Below, piece by piece: positions 37,654-45,757 of a stretch of DNA of 64,000 nucleotides (the stretch's first letter is position 1; each line of letters starts with the position of its first letter). The notes under the pieces were generated by a model, which saw only the letters and a list, made by a program, of their open reading frames with translations, was not told the DNA's origin and did not search any database. The stretch covers positions 480,001-544,000 of the forward strand of contig NZ_JAQNDL010000003.1 in the NCBI RefSeq assembly GCF_028368995.1, written 5' to 3'. The position numbers and the translations under genes are program-made. Source of the stretch: Nannocystis bainbridge (GTDB lineage: Bacteria; Myxococcota_A; Polyangia; Nannocystales; Nannocystaceae).

Positions 37654-38634
37654 ATGTCGGCACCGATTGACATTCCGGCAATTGCGGCGCAACTCCAGGC
37701 GCAGGGTTACAACGACGCCGCGCGGATTCTCCTCGCCGGCGGCGAGGGTGCGCGGGCAATCTGCGCCCTTCTCGGGAACGGCGCGTCGCCCACGCCGTCG
37801 CTTTCCAACGCACTCGCGGCGGGCGGCAACACGGCGAGCATGCAGCAGCAGCAGCCGGCCGCGCCCGCTGGGGGCTGCGGCTGCGGCCCCCGCGGTGGCG
37901 GTGGCGGCTGCGGTGGCGGTGCGTGCGGCCTCAAGGGGCCCTGCGTCACCACGGATTCCTACGTGTGCGCGACGCCGCCGGCGACGCAGCCGTCGACGGC
38001 TCCTGTGCCCGGCGCTCCGTCCGCGGTCCCCGTCGTCGTCCCGCCGTCGGTGGGAAGCTGGAATTGCGAGACCGTGCGGCCGGATCTGGCGCCTTGCGAG
38101 GTCGGCCGCATCCGCCGCGAGGACAAGCTCATCACCGTCAGCGAGGCCACGCTCGCCGGTCCGCTCGCCGCCGGCGACACGATCGGAACGATCATCGCGG
38201 AGGTCGGCATTTCGCACAATCTCTGCGTCGACTCCCTGGCGGTGGAGATCGAGACCAACGGCGTTCGCGTCCCGGTCACGATCGGCCAGGTCATGCTACA
38301 GGGCGAGCGCATCGCCCAGGACCCCCAGGGGCCCTACGTGCATGTCTGGGAGTGGTCCGAGCCGGAGCGTCCGGACTACGTCGGGATCACCGACTCGCGC
38401 TGCGCCTGCAAGGAGCTTTGCGTGTGCGTGCCCGCCGAGGGCCGCGCGCGGCTCACGTTCGATCTGCCGAGCGCCGTCGCGGGCGGCTCTACGCTCGTCG
38501 TGACCGTCTGGGGCCGCCGTACGTGCTGGCTCACCTCCTGCGGTCCCTGCCCGCCGTGCCAGATCTGCGGCCAGGCGACGATCACGCCGGCCGAGGACGC
38601 GCTGGCGCCGAACACCCTCTACGCGGTCGCGTAA
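37654..38634 (+). CDS. Cys-rich protein with beta-sandwich-like C-terminal domain; candidate jelly-roll capsid protein
   Basis: GGAG SD, 19 Cys, alternating beta pattern ending TLVVTVWGRR, downstream hairpin; ORF is solid, function inferred. Confidence 0.6.
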   Translation: MSAPIDIPAIAAQLQAQGYNDAARILLAGGEGARAICALLGNGASPTPSLSNALAAGGNTASMQQQQPAAPAGGCGCGPRGGGGGCGGGACGLKGPCVTTDSYVCATPPATQPSTAPVPGAPSAVPVVVPPSVGSWNCETVRPDLAPCEVGRIRREDKLITVSEATLAGPLAAGDTIGTIIAEVGISHNLCVDSLAVEIETNGVRVPVTIGQVMLQGERIAQDPQGPYVHVWEWSEPERPDYVGITDSRCACKELCVCVPAEGRARLTFDLPSAVAGGSTLVVTVWGRRTCWLTSCGPCPPCQICGQATITPAEDALAPNTLYAVA

Positions 38635-38673
38635 TCCACGGGCCCGCCGCCGGGCCCGCGTGAGGTAATAGCA

Positions 38674-39342
38674 ATGACTCCGATTGTGATTGGCGGCCTC
38701 TTGCTGTTCCTCTTGTTCGGGGGTCAGAAAAAGGCGGGCAATACCGTGAAGCCGGACCCCGGCTTCGCGCCGCGGCCCGAGCTCGAAACGCTCGCCTGTG
38801 CCGACGTGCTGGCCACGCGGCCGGAGGTTCATGCCGGGCTCGCACGCGGGCTGATCCCCTGGCGCGATTGGCTCGTCGCCGTCGCGTTCAACCGGGTTTA
38901 TGGCGTGTGGCCCGATCCGGGGAACGCGGCGCACGATGCTCGCGCGAAGCTCCTGGGGACCTGCGTAGATGCCGGCCTCGACGACGCGCCGCCGCCGCCC
39001 AACTCGGATCCGGAGCTTCCGGAAATCAGCCCGGCGCCGACGCCGGGATCGTTCTACGCGATCAAGGGCGGCGACGTGCTCTTCGCTATCTCGTCGGCCG
39101 CGTACGGGACGAAGTCGGGCACGCCGGCCAACTATCAGGCCGCGAAGAAGATCAACGACGACCCCTATAACGCCCGCTTCAAGCGGCCGATCGCGGAGGT
39201 CGCCCCGAACGAAAAAGGGCTGTGGTCGGCGCGGATCACCTTCAAGCCCGTTTTCGGGTCGTTCTTGCAGCAGTACGCCGACGCGGCGGACGGCAGCCAG
39301 GGCGACGGCGGCAACTTCGCAATCCTCAAGATCCCGGAGTAA
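38674..39342 (+). CDS. N-terminally anchored protein with LysM-like domain
   Basis: MTPIVIGGLLLFLLFG anchor; FYAIKGGDVLFAISSAAYG...ILKIP. Confidence 0.7.
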   Translation: MTPIVIGGLLLFLLFGGQKKAGNTVKPDPGFAPRPELETLACADVLATRPEVHAGLARGLIPWRDWLVAVAFNRVYGVWPDPGNAAHDARAKLLGTCVDAGLDDAPPPPNSDPELPEISPAPTPGSFYAIKGGDVLFAISSAAYGTKSGTPANYQAAKKINDDPYNARFKRPIAEVAPNEKGLWSARITFKPVFGSFLQQYADAADGSQGDGGNFAILKIPE

Positions 39343-39347
39343 CGGCC

Positions 39348-40004
39348 GTGGCGCTGCTTCCAGTCGACAAGGCCGCATATGCCGTCGTGCGCACGATGAT
39401 CGCCGCGGGCGCTGCGGCGTGGGACGCGTGGGCGAAGAGCGGCGAAGCGAAGTGGCCGGACTCGAAGCCACACACGCGCGAGCTCGCGGACACGATCTTT
39501 CGCTACGTCCCGCGCATGGCGGTGCAAATCCCCGCGGGCGAAGACAACTGCCCGACCGAGCAGGACCGAGCCACCGGCACCTGCACGGCGATGCGCTACG
39601 ACCGCGTTTTCTCGCCGCAGAACCGCCACCGGCTGATCGCGGCGCTCGACGCCCGTAGCAGCGTCGAGGTGCGCGCGGCATTCGCCGCGGTGCCCACGGA
39701 CGGCGGCGATCTCGAGTGGTGGGCCACGGCGCTCGCCGCCGGAGCCTTGATCGCGATCGGCGGCCTCCCGTTCGCCGGCGCCGTCGTGGTCAAGGTCGCG
39801 GGGTTCTTGCTGGCCGCATGGGCGGCCTATGGGTTTGTGACGCCCAAGACGCCGAACGGGCAGTCGCTCGCGCAGAAATACGCAGCCCTCGTCGGTGACG
39901 GCCTCGAAGCCATCCTCGCCGGGGCGAACTCGGTCCTGCAAGTCGCACTCGTCGCCGCAGGCGGATATTTCCTCTACCAGCTCTTCTTTTCGGGGTCGCG
40001 GTGA
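39348..40004 (+). CDS. Membrane protein with C-terminal anchor
   Basis: TM hairpin plus terminal VALVAAGGYFLYQLFF. Confidence 0.75.
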   Translation: MALLPVDKAAYAVVRTMIAAGAAAWDAWAKSGEAKWPDSKPHTRELADTIFRYVPRMAVQIPAGEDNCPTEQDRATGTCTAMRYDRVFSPQNRHRLIAALDARSSVEVRAAFAAVPTDGGDLEWWATALAAGALIAIGGLPFAGAVVVKVAGFLLAAWAAYGFVTPKTPNGQSLAQKYAALVGDGLEAILAGANSVLQVALVAAGGYFLYQLFFSGSR

Positions 40005-40816
40005 GCCTCATCCTGTGGGGGCTCGGCCTGGCCGTGGTCGCGACCATGGCCACGCCGCCGGCGAAGGCGGCCTCCGTCCCGCAGGCGCCCGCCGGGCCGC
40101 CGCTCGCGCCGCCGTCCGGCTGGGACGACGCGCTGCCGCTTCCCACCGCGGCCGACGTCCAGGGTTTCGACCTCCTGACCAACTGGGGCGCGACTCCCGA
40201 ATCGTTGCGGCCGTTGTTCGCGCTCGTGGAAATCAAGTCGCGGATCGCCGGCGCCGCGCGCTTCCTCGCGCTCGCCGCCCGCCGCGAGAGCGCGTTCGTT
40301 CTCACCGCGCACAACAAGAGCTCCGGCGAGCGCACGGCGAGCGCGAACGCCTACAGCAACAACAAGGCCAAGCGGCCCCCGCTCGTGTACGGCGCAGCGG
40401 CGGCGGCGTGGGGGTCGGGCGGCCTCTTCGGCCTCCTGGGGCCTTATTTCCTGTGGACGGGGATCCAGGAATTGGGCGGTGCGGCGCCCCTCCTGGGCTC
40501 GCCGCCGGAGATCATGTTCCTCCCGCGGGTCGCGGCCTTCGCCGGCGCCGTGTACATGCAGCGGATCCTGGCGAATTACCGCGTCGACGACGTGGCCGAC
40601 ATCAAGGTCGGCTGGGCGTCCCCCTCGCTGCTCGGCAACGGCCGGGGCGGCGCCACGTACAAAAAGGTTCGCGCCCGGTTCCTCGAGGACTCCGCGAAGC
40701 TGGGGATCAAGCTGAATGCGCCGCCGACGCTCCCCCCGAAATTGAGCGCCGCAGCGTGGCCAGGTGTCGCTGCCGTCTTCGAGGGCGTCGTCGGCACACC
40801 GCCGCGGCTCGCATGA
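40001..40816 (+). CDS. Membrane-anchored lysozyme/SLT-like protein
   Basis: N-terminal TM; FLALAARRESAF (catalytic ES) and GGLFGL resembling the SLT GLMQ motif; GTGA overlap. Confidence 0.6.
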   Translation: MSLILWGLGLAVVATMATPPAKAASVPQAPAGPPLAPPSGWDDALPLPTAADVQGFDLLTNWGATPESLRPLFALVEIKSRIAGAARFLALAARRESAFVLTAHNKSSGERTASANAYSNNKAKRPPLVYGAAAAAWGSGGLFGLLGPYFLWTGIQELGGAAPLLGSPPEIMFLPRVAAFAGAVYMQRILANYRVDDVADIKVGWASPSLLGNGRGGATYKKVRARFLEDSAKLGIKLNAPPTLPPKLSAAAWPGVAAVFEGVVGTPPRLA

Positions 40817-40840
40817 GGCGCGCGCGCGCCATATCCGGCC

Positions 40841-43429
40841 GTGCCGCCCGCGAAGCTGAAGGGATACCCGAAGGTCTACAGCGTCGGCCGCTGGCGCGGC
40901 GCCGCCGCGGTACGCCGCGAGCACGGCGGCCAGGGAACGCTTACCGAGTTCTCGATCCAGCTCGCCCCCGACAGCGAGCCGCGGAAATTCGTGGGGCGGG
41001 GGCCGACGCCTGGCCACCGGCGGACGGATGCGATCCGCCAGGCACGCGAGGCCGCCGGCTTGCCCGCCCTGCCGCTGCGGCCTCGCAAGCCCCGCCAGCC
41101 GGGGCCGAGCGTCGCGGCGGCGTTGCAGGCCCCGGAGCGAGCGGAGACGCGGCGCCGGCTGGTCAACCGCGTGCGGGAGGTCGACGCCGACCACGCCCTC
41201 GCACTGGACCTCGAGGGCGCGGCCTGGCACCTGCTGGCGGACGCTGGCGACCTCGTCCTCGTCGGCGACGACGGGGAGCAGGTCGAGCGCTACCCCGGCC
41301 CGGAGAGCGCCGCCGACGAATTGCTGCGGCGCTTCGGCCCGGCGGTCGTCGACGCCGCCCGCGTGCGTCGTTTCTTCAACGCGCACGAGAAGGCCTATCC
41401 CCGCGGGTGGATCAAGCGAGCCGCGGAAGACCGCGCGCGCCAGCGCGACCGCGACCGCGACCGCGACGACCTCTTGCGGCGCATCGTCGACGCGCTCGCG
41501 GCCGGGCCGAAAAACGAGAGCGTGCTCGGGTGGACCTTGAAAGCGGACACCCGGGACGTGATGGACGCGATCCGGCTCGGCCTGGGTCGGAGCGTGCTGC
41601 GCTACGCGCCTACGTTCAGCGCGGGGGGCGGCGACCAATTCGAGCGCAACGATCAACCGTGGGGCCCCGGGCCCCGCGGCCACTACCCCTCCGGGCCGCA
41701 GCCGCCGCCGCGCTCGGCGCCCGAGGTTCAAGGCTCGGACGCACCGGCGGAAGCCCGCGCGGCGCGGAAGAAGTCGGCGAAGCGAAAGAAGCCGTCCAAG
41801 CGGAAGAAACCGGCGAAGCGAAAGAAGCCGGCCACGCGGAAGCCGAAGCCCCGGCCTCGCTGCGCGGGCTCGGTGCGGGCGGTGGTCGAGCGGGCCGAGA
41901 AGCTGAAAGCCCGCTATGACAACCTGGTCGCCGAACGGGCGGCCCGTCTAACAACGCGCCAGGCAAACCAGCGCGATGGGCTGATCGCGCGGCAGGCCGA
42001 GCGCGAGAAGCACCTGGCGGCCCTGGTGACGGGTCCGAAGAGCCCAGGGGCCCGGCGCCTGGCCGAGGCCGAAAAACGCCATGGGAGCCGCCTGCGCGCG
42101 CTGGAGGCCAAGCACAAAGCGGCCCTGGCCGCGCTGCCGCGCGCGGTCGAGTGCGAGATCCTCGGCGGAGCGCGGGCGCGGCGGGCCGTCGTTCGCGGCT
42201 GCGCCGACCTGTGCGGCCTCAACGTGGCCGGCGGCGTCGGCGGCGACGCCACGACGATCGCATTGCCGTCCGCGCGCGGGACTCCGCGTGTGTTGCCCGC
42301 GCGCTTCGTGCTCGTAGACGCCGAGACGCTGCGCCCGAGTCACGACCCGATCAGCTTTGAGCCGCGCGCCGACTACCCCGACGAGACGCAAGAACGGCGG
42401 TACGAGGATGACCCGGCCGAAAAATACAAGGTCGACATGATCGGCCAGAACATGATCCCCGGGTTGGTGCAGAACACCAACTCCGGCGCCGTGGACGGGA
42501 CGCCGATCATCACGATCGACAAGATCGTCTTGAGCGGCAACGGGCGGGCCATGGGCGTGATCCGGCACTACCGCCGCGGGCGCACGGTGCTTTCCGACTT
42601 CCTGCGCATACAGATTCAGATCTTCGGCATCGACCCCCGCGCGCTCGCCCGCGTGAAAAACCCTGTGGTCGTGCGCGTGATCGACGTGCCCGCCGCGGAC
42701 CGGGCGAGGCTCGTCCGCGACTTCAATACGGGCCTCACGCAGCAAATGTCGGCCGCGGACGAAGCCGCCGCGCTCGCCCGCCAGCTCCCCCCGGACCTAC
42801 CGGCGATGCTGCGCGCCGGCGGGGCCGACGAGGGGCTCGGACCCTACCTCGCGAGCAAGGCGAGCGCGCCCCTCGTGGGCGCCTTGGAGCGGTCGGGCTT
42901 CATCAACCGCGCAAACCGGGCGCGCCTGATCAGCGACGACGGCCTGCTCACCCAAGAGGCGCGTGACGACGTGGCGCGGATGCTCGTCGCCGCTGTGTTG
43001 CCGCTCGACCTCGCGGAGCGAAGCCCCGAGCTCGCCCGCGCTGCCGAGCGGTCGGCCGCGGCCTGGCTCGTCGCCGCGGGCGCTGGCTCGGCCTGGGATG
43101 TCCGCCCGACGCTGGCCGCCGCCGGCCGAGACTATCTGTCCCTTCGGGCATCCGGCGCGTGTCTCTCGCGTTGGCGGGAGCAAGGGAGCATGGAGCCGCG
43201 GCAGGCAACGGGCCCCATGGCAAGCACCATGCTCGAGATCCTCGACCTCGCCGCGTCACGCCCCGTCGTCTTCTCGAAGATCGCGGCCGCCTACGCCAAG
43301 GCGAGCCGCGCGGGCGGTCTCTTCGGACAGGCGGATCCCGGCGAAGCACTGCGCCAGGCCGCGGCCGACAACCACGTCGACCCGGCGAGCGCCAACAGTC
43401 GGCGTCGCTGCGCACGCAAGGCGGCCTGA
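40841..43429 (+). CDS. Large protein with K/R-rich linker, coiled coil and DdrB-like ParB-superfamily domain
   Basis: FVLVDAETLRPSHD, YPDETQER, GTPII..DKIVLSGNGR, FGID, NPVVVR, DFN. Confidence 0.8.
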   Translation: MPPAKLKGYPKVYSVGRWRGAAAVRREHGGQGTLTEFSIQLAPDSEPRKFVGRGPTPGHRRTDAIRQAREAAGLPALPLRPRKPRQPGPSVAAALQAPERAETRRRLVNRVREVDADHALALDLEGAAWHLLADAGDLVLVGDDGEQVERYPGPESAADELLRRFGPAVVDAARVRRFFNAHEKAYPRGWIKRAAEDRARQRDRDRDRDDLLRRIVDALAAGPKNESVLGWTLKADTRDVMDAIRLGLGRSVLRYAPTFSAGGGDQFERNDQPWGPGPRGHYPSGPQPPPRSAPEVQGSDAPAEARAARKKSAKRKKPSKRKKPAKRKKPATRKPKPRPRCAGSVRAVVERAEKLKARYDNLVAERAARLTTRQANQRDGLIARQAEREKHLAALVTGPKSPGARRLAEAEKRHGSRLRALEAKHKAALAALPRAVECEILGGARARRAVVRGCADLCGLNVAGGVGGDATTIALPSARGTPRVLPARFVLVDAETLRPSHDPISFEPRADYPDETQERRYEDDPAEKYKVDMIGQNMIPGLVQNTNSGAVDGTPIITIDKIVLSGNGRAMGVIRHYRRGRTVLSDFLRIQIQIFGIDPRALARVKNPVVVRVIDVPAADRARLVRDFNTGLTQQMSAADEAAALARQLPPDLPAMLRAGGADEGLGPYLASKASAPLVGALERSGFINRANRARLISDDGLLTQEARDDVARMLVAAVLPLDLAERSPELARAAERSAAAWLVAAGAGSAWDVRPTLAAAGRDYLSLRASGACLSRWREQGSMEPRQATGPMASTMLEILDLAASRPVVFSKIAAAYAKASRAGGLFGQADPGEALRQAAADNHVDPASANSRRRCARKAA

Positions 43430-43663
43430 GTGCCCGAGGTCGCCGTCGCCGTCGCGCTCCTGGTCGCGCTCGTCTTCTTCCTCGGCGGCGTCGCGGCCCT
43501 CGTCGCCGTGCTCCGCGTGTTGCCGCGGCGCGTGGTGGCGCCGTTGTGCGCGGCGATCGACCGCGCGGGCGAGCGGCTCGACTCGCTGGAGCGGCGCCAC
43601 GGCGAGCGCCTCGACGCGCTGGAGCGAGACGCGCGCGCGTGTGCTGGCCGCACGCCGCCGTAA
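43430..43663 (+). CDS. Small TM plus coiled-coil protein (holin-like candidate)
   Basis: Long hydrophobic N-terminus, then ERLDSLERRHGERLDALE. Confidence 0.6.
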   Translation: MPEVAVAVALLVALVFFLGGVAALVAVLRVLPRRVVAPLCAAIDRAGERLDSLERRHGERLDALERDARACAGRTPP

Positions 43664-43686
43664 GGGTCCCGCGCGCCAGATCGGCC

Positions 43687-44172
43687 ATGCTTCGCGGACC
43701 GTTTAACGTGTATGTCGACGAGGCCGGCAATCAGAGCCTCAAGCCGGCCGTGTCGGGCGGCGGCGGTCCGCCGCGGTCGCTGCTCCAGTCGCTGGAGAGC
43801 AACATCCGGATCGTGATCGCCCGCTCGGCGATCGAGTACGTGTCCGGCTACTTCGCCGACCTCACCGCAGCCGGCAACGACGACGACATTTACATCCCCG
43901 CACCGATCACCGGGGCCCTCACGTCGATCCGGATCGTCGCCGGGTTCCAACCGTCCGCGAACATGCCGATCCAGGCGGCGATCGGCGGGACGAACGTCAC
44001 CGACGGCCTCGTCACCATCCTCTCGACCGATGGCGCGGGCACCGTCCGCAGCGCCAGCCCGACCGGCCAGAATGCGGTCACGGCAGGCACCACCGCAATC
44101 CGGCTGCGTCACAACGCGACGAACACAGTCGCCGGTCACGCCTGGGTCGTTCTCGGCTTCTCGCACGGGTGA
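43687..44172 (+). CDS. Putative virion vertex/spike protein A
   Basis: Paralog of the next gene; Gly hinge then beta-rich domain; GCCAGAT upstream. Confidence 0.7.
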   Translation: MLRGPFNVYVDEAGNQSLKPAVSGGGGPPRSLLQSLESNIRIVIARSAIEYVSGYFADLTAAGNDDDIYIPAPITGALTSIRIVAGFQPSANMPIQAAIGGTNVTDGLVTILSTDGAGTVRSASPTGQNAVTAGTTAIRLRHNATNTVAGHAWVVLGFSHG

Positions 44173-44176
44173 CGCC

Positions 44177-44641
44177 ATGTCGGGGCATTTTCAGGTCTTC
44201 ATCGACGAGGGCGGAGCTTCGGTCCTCAAGCCCGCGGCGGCCGGCGGCGGCGGCGGTCCTTCGGCGGCGACGATGCGCGCGCTGAACGCCAGCGTAGCGA
44301 CCGCCGTTGCGCGGTCGGTCGAGTGGGTCGGCGGGTTCCTGCCGAATCTCACCCTTGGCTTTTCGACGGCGCGCATCTTGCCTCCGCGGAATTCGACCAT
44401 CGTCGCGTGCAACATGGCGATCGACTTCAACCCGACCGGGTCCATCCGGCTCTCGTTCCGGGTCGGGCTGACGATCTTCGGACAGGTGGTCTTTACGGCG
44501 TCGGACACGGCTGGCACCGTCAAGCCGGTCGATCTGGCGCCCGGCACCACGATCGCCGGGCTCCAGAGCATCGAAGTTATCGACAGCGGAATCGCCAACA
44601 CCAGCGCCGGACACGGACACGTGTTTTTCGGGTTCGCGTAG
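44177..44641 (+). CDS. Putative virion vertex/spike protein B
   Basis: Shares GxFxVx(V/I)DExG...LKPA..GGGG, (V/I)ARS.E, D.AGTV, AGH..V..GF with the previous gene. Confidence 0.7.
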   Translation: MSGHFQVFIDEGGASVLKPAAAGGGGGPSAATMRALNASVATAVARSVEWVGGFLPNLTLGFSTARILPPRNSTIVACNMAIDFNPTGSIRLSFRVGLTIFGQVVFTASDTAGTVKPVDLAPGTTIAGLQSIEVIDSGIANTSAGHGHVFFGFA

Positions 44642-44683
44642 GTGCCCGCGGCACAAGCGGGGGGACAGCGGCCATATGCGCCG

Positions 44684-45061
44684 ATGCTCCCCCGCCGCCT
44701 CGCGTTGTTGCTCCCCAACGCGCTCACCCTGATCGGTCTCGTCCTCGGCCTCGCCGGCGCGCTCGCTCTCCAAAGGGGGGAGGTCGCGGGCGCCGCCAGC
44801 CTCTTGGTTGGTGGCCAGGTCGCGGACGTGCTCGACGGGGTGGCCGCGCGTCGGTTCAACGCGAGCACGGCGGCGGGGGCGCTCTTTGACTGGCACGCCG
44901 ACTGCGCCGTCGCGGCTGCCGTCGCGTTCGCAGCCGGCGTCGCGTGGGCGATCCCGGTGTTCGTGCTCGTGCAGGCTTGGGCGCGCGTGCATGACGAGCG
45001 CGTGAGCGGCCGAACCGCCGCCATGCTCGGCGTCGTGGGGCTGGCGCTGGGGGCGTGGTGA
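44684..45061 (+). CDS. Minimal CDP-alcohol phosphatidyltransferase
   Basis: PNALT and the full signature DxxDGxxAR-x8-GxxxDxxxD (DVLDGVAARRFNASTAAGALFDWHAD). Confidence 0.88.
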   Translation: MLPRRLALLLPNALTLIGLVLGLAGALALQRGEVAGAASLLVGGQVADVLDGVAARRFNASTAAGALFDWHADCAVAAAVAFAAGVAWAIPVFVLVQAWARVHDERVSGRTAAMLGVVGLALGAW

Positions 45062-45156
45062 TGGAGCGGCCCGGCCCTTGGGAAGCGGTAGCGGAGGGTG
45101 CGATCTTCGCGTTCGCTATCTTCATCCTCCTCGGCTACGTGCTCGCCGGCGCATGA
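45061..45156 (+). CDS. 31-aa single-TM peptide
   Basis: MERPGPWEAVAEGAIFAFAIFILLGYVLAGA; start and stop overlap the neighbours (TGATG, ATGA). Confidence 0.55.
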   Translation: MERPGPWEAVAEGAIFAFAIFILLGYVLAGA

Positions 45157-45674
45157 CGACCCTCGACGCGCACCCCCGGCCCGCGCCGCCCTGGCTGGCC
45201 GCGATCGCAATGGCCGTCGCGGCGTATGTCGGCGCGGACCGCTGCGTCATGGCGCAGGCGGAGCCGGCGCCCGTTGACACGCGCGAGTCGAGCACCGACA
45301 ACCGGGACGCCATGAGCTTCCCCCTCGCCGCCGCCCTGGTGTCGCTGCTCCTGCCGTTCGCCCTCCTCTCCGCATGCCGCGAGCCCGAGCCGGTCGAGCT
45401 GCCGAAGGACGGCGAATCCTGCAAGGTGGTCGACGACGGCGACGCGCCGTGCGCCGAGGGCCTGACGTGCAACACCGGCGACGGCTACCTCGGCAAGGAC
45501 GGCCACTGCGCGACCGCCTGCGAGGGCGACGGCGAGTGCGAGGACGGGCAATTCTGCAACGACGAGGGCGCTTGCACGTGGACATGCAAGGCCGAGGTCG
45601 ACTCCTGCCCGGTGGCGTCCGTCGAGCTCTTCTGCACGGCTGACGAGGGCGGCTTCTGCGTCGGCGCGGTCTGA
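45153..45674 (+). CDS. Cys-rich lipoprotein (alternative start 45312)
   Basis: LLSAC lipobox followed by disulfide-rich repeats. Confidence 0.75.
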   Translation: MTTLDAHPRPAPPWLAAIAMAVAAYVGADRCVMAQAEPAPVDTRESSTDNRDAMSFPLAAALVSLLLPFALLSACREPEPVELPKDGESCKVVDDGDAPCAEGLTCNTGDGYLGKDGHCATACEGDGECEDGQFCNDEGACTWTCKAEVDSCPVASVELFCTADEGGFCVGAV

Positions 45675-45757
45675 GCGTCGGCACGGTGTGAGCGACGCGG
45701 CGTCCGCGGCGTCGCGTCCGAGCGACGCAGCGAACGCCGGCCGTGCCATATCCGGCC

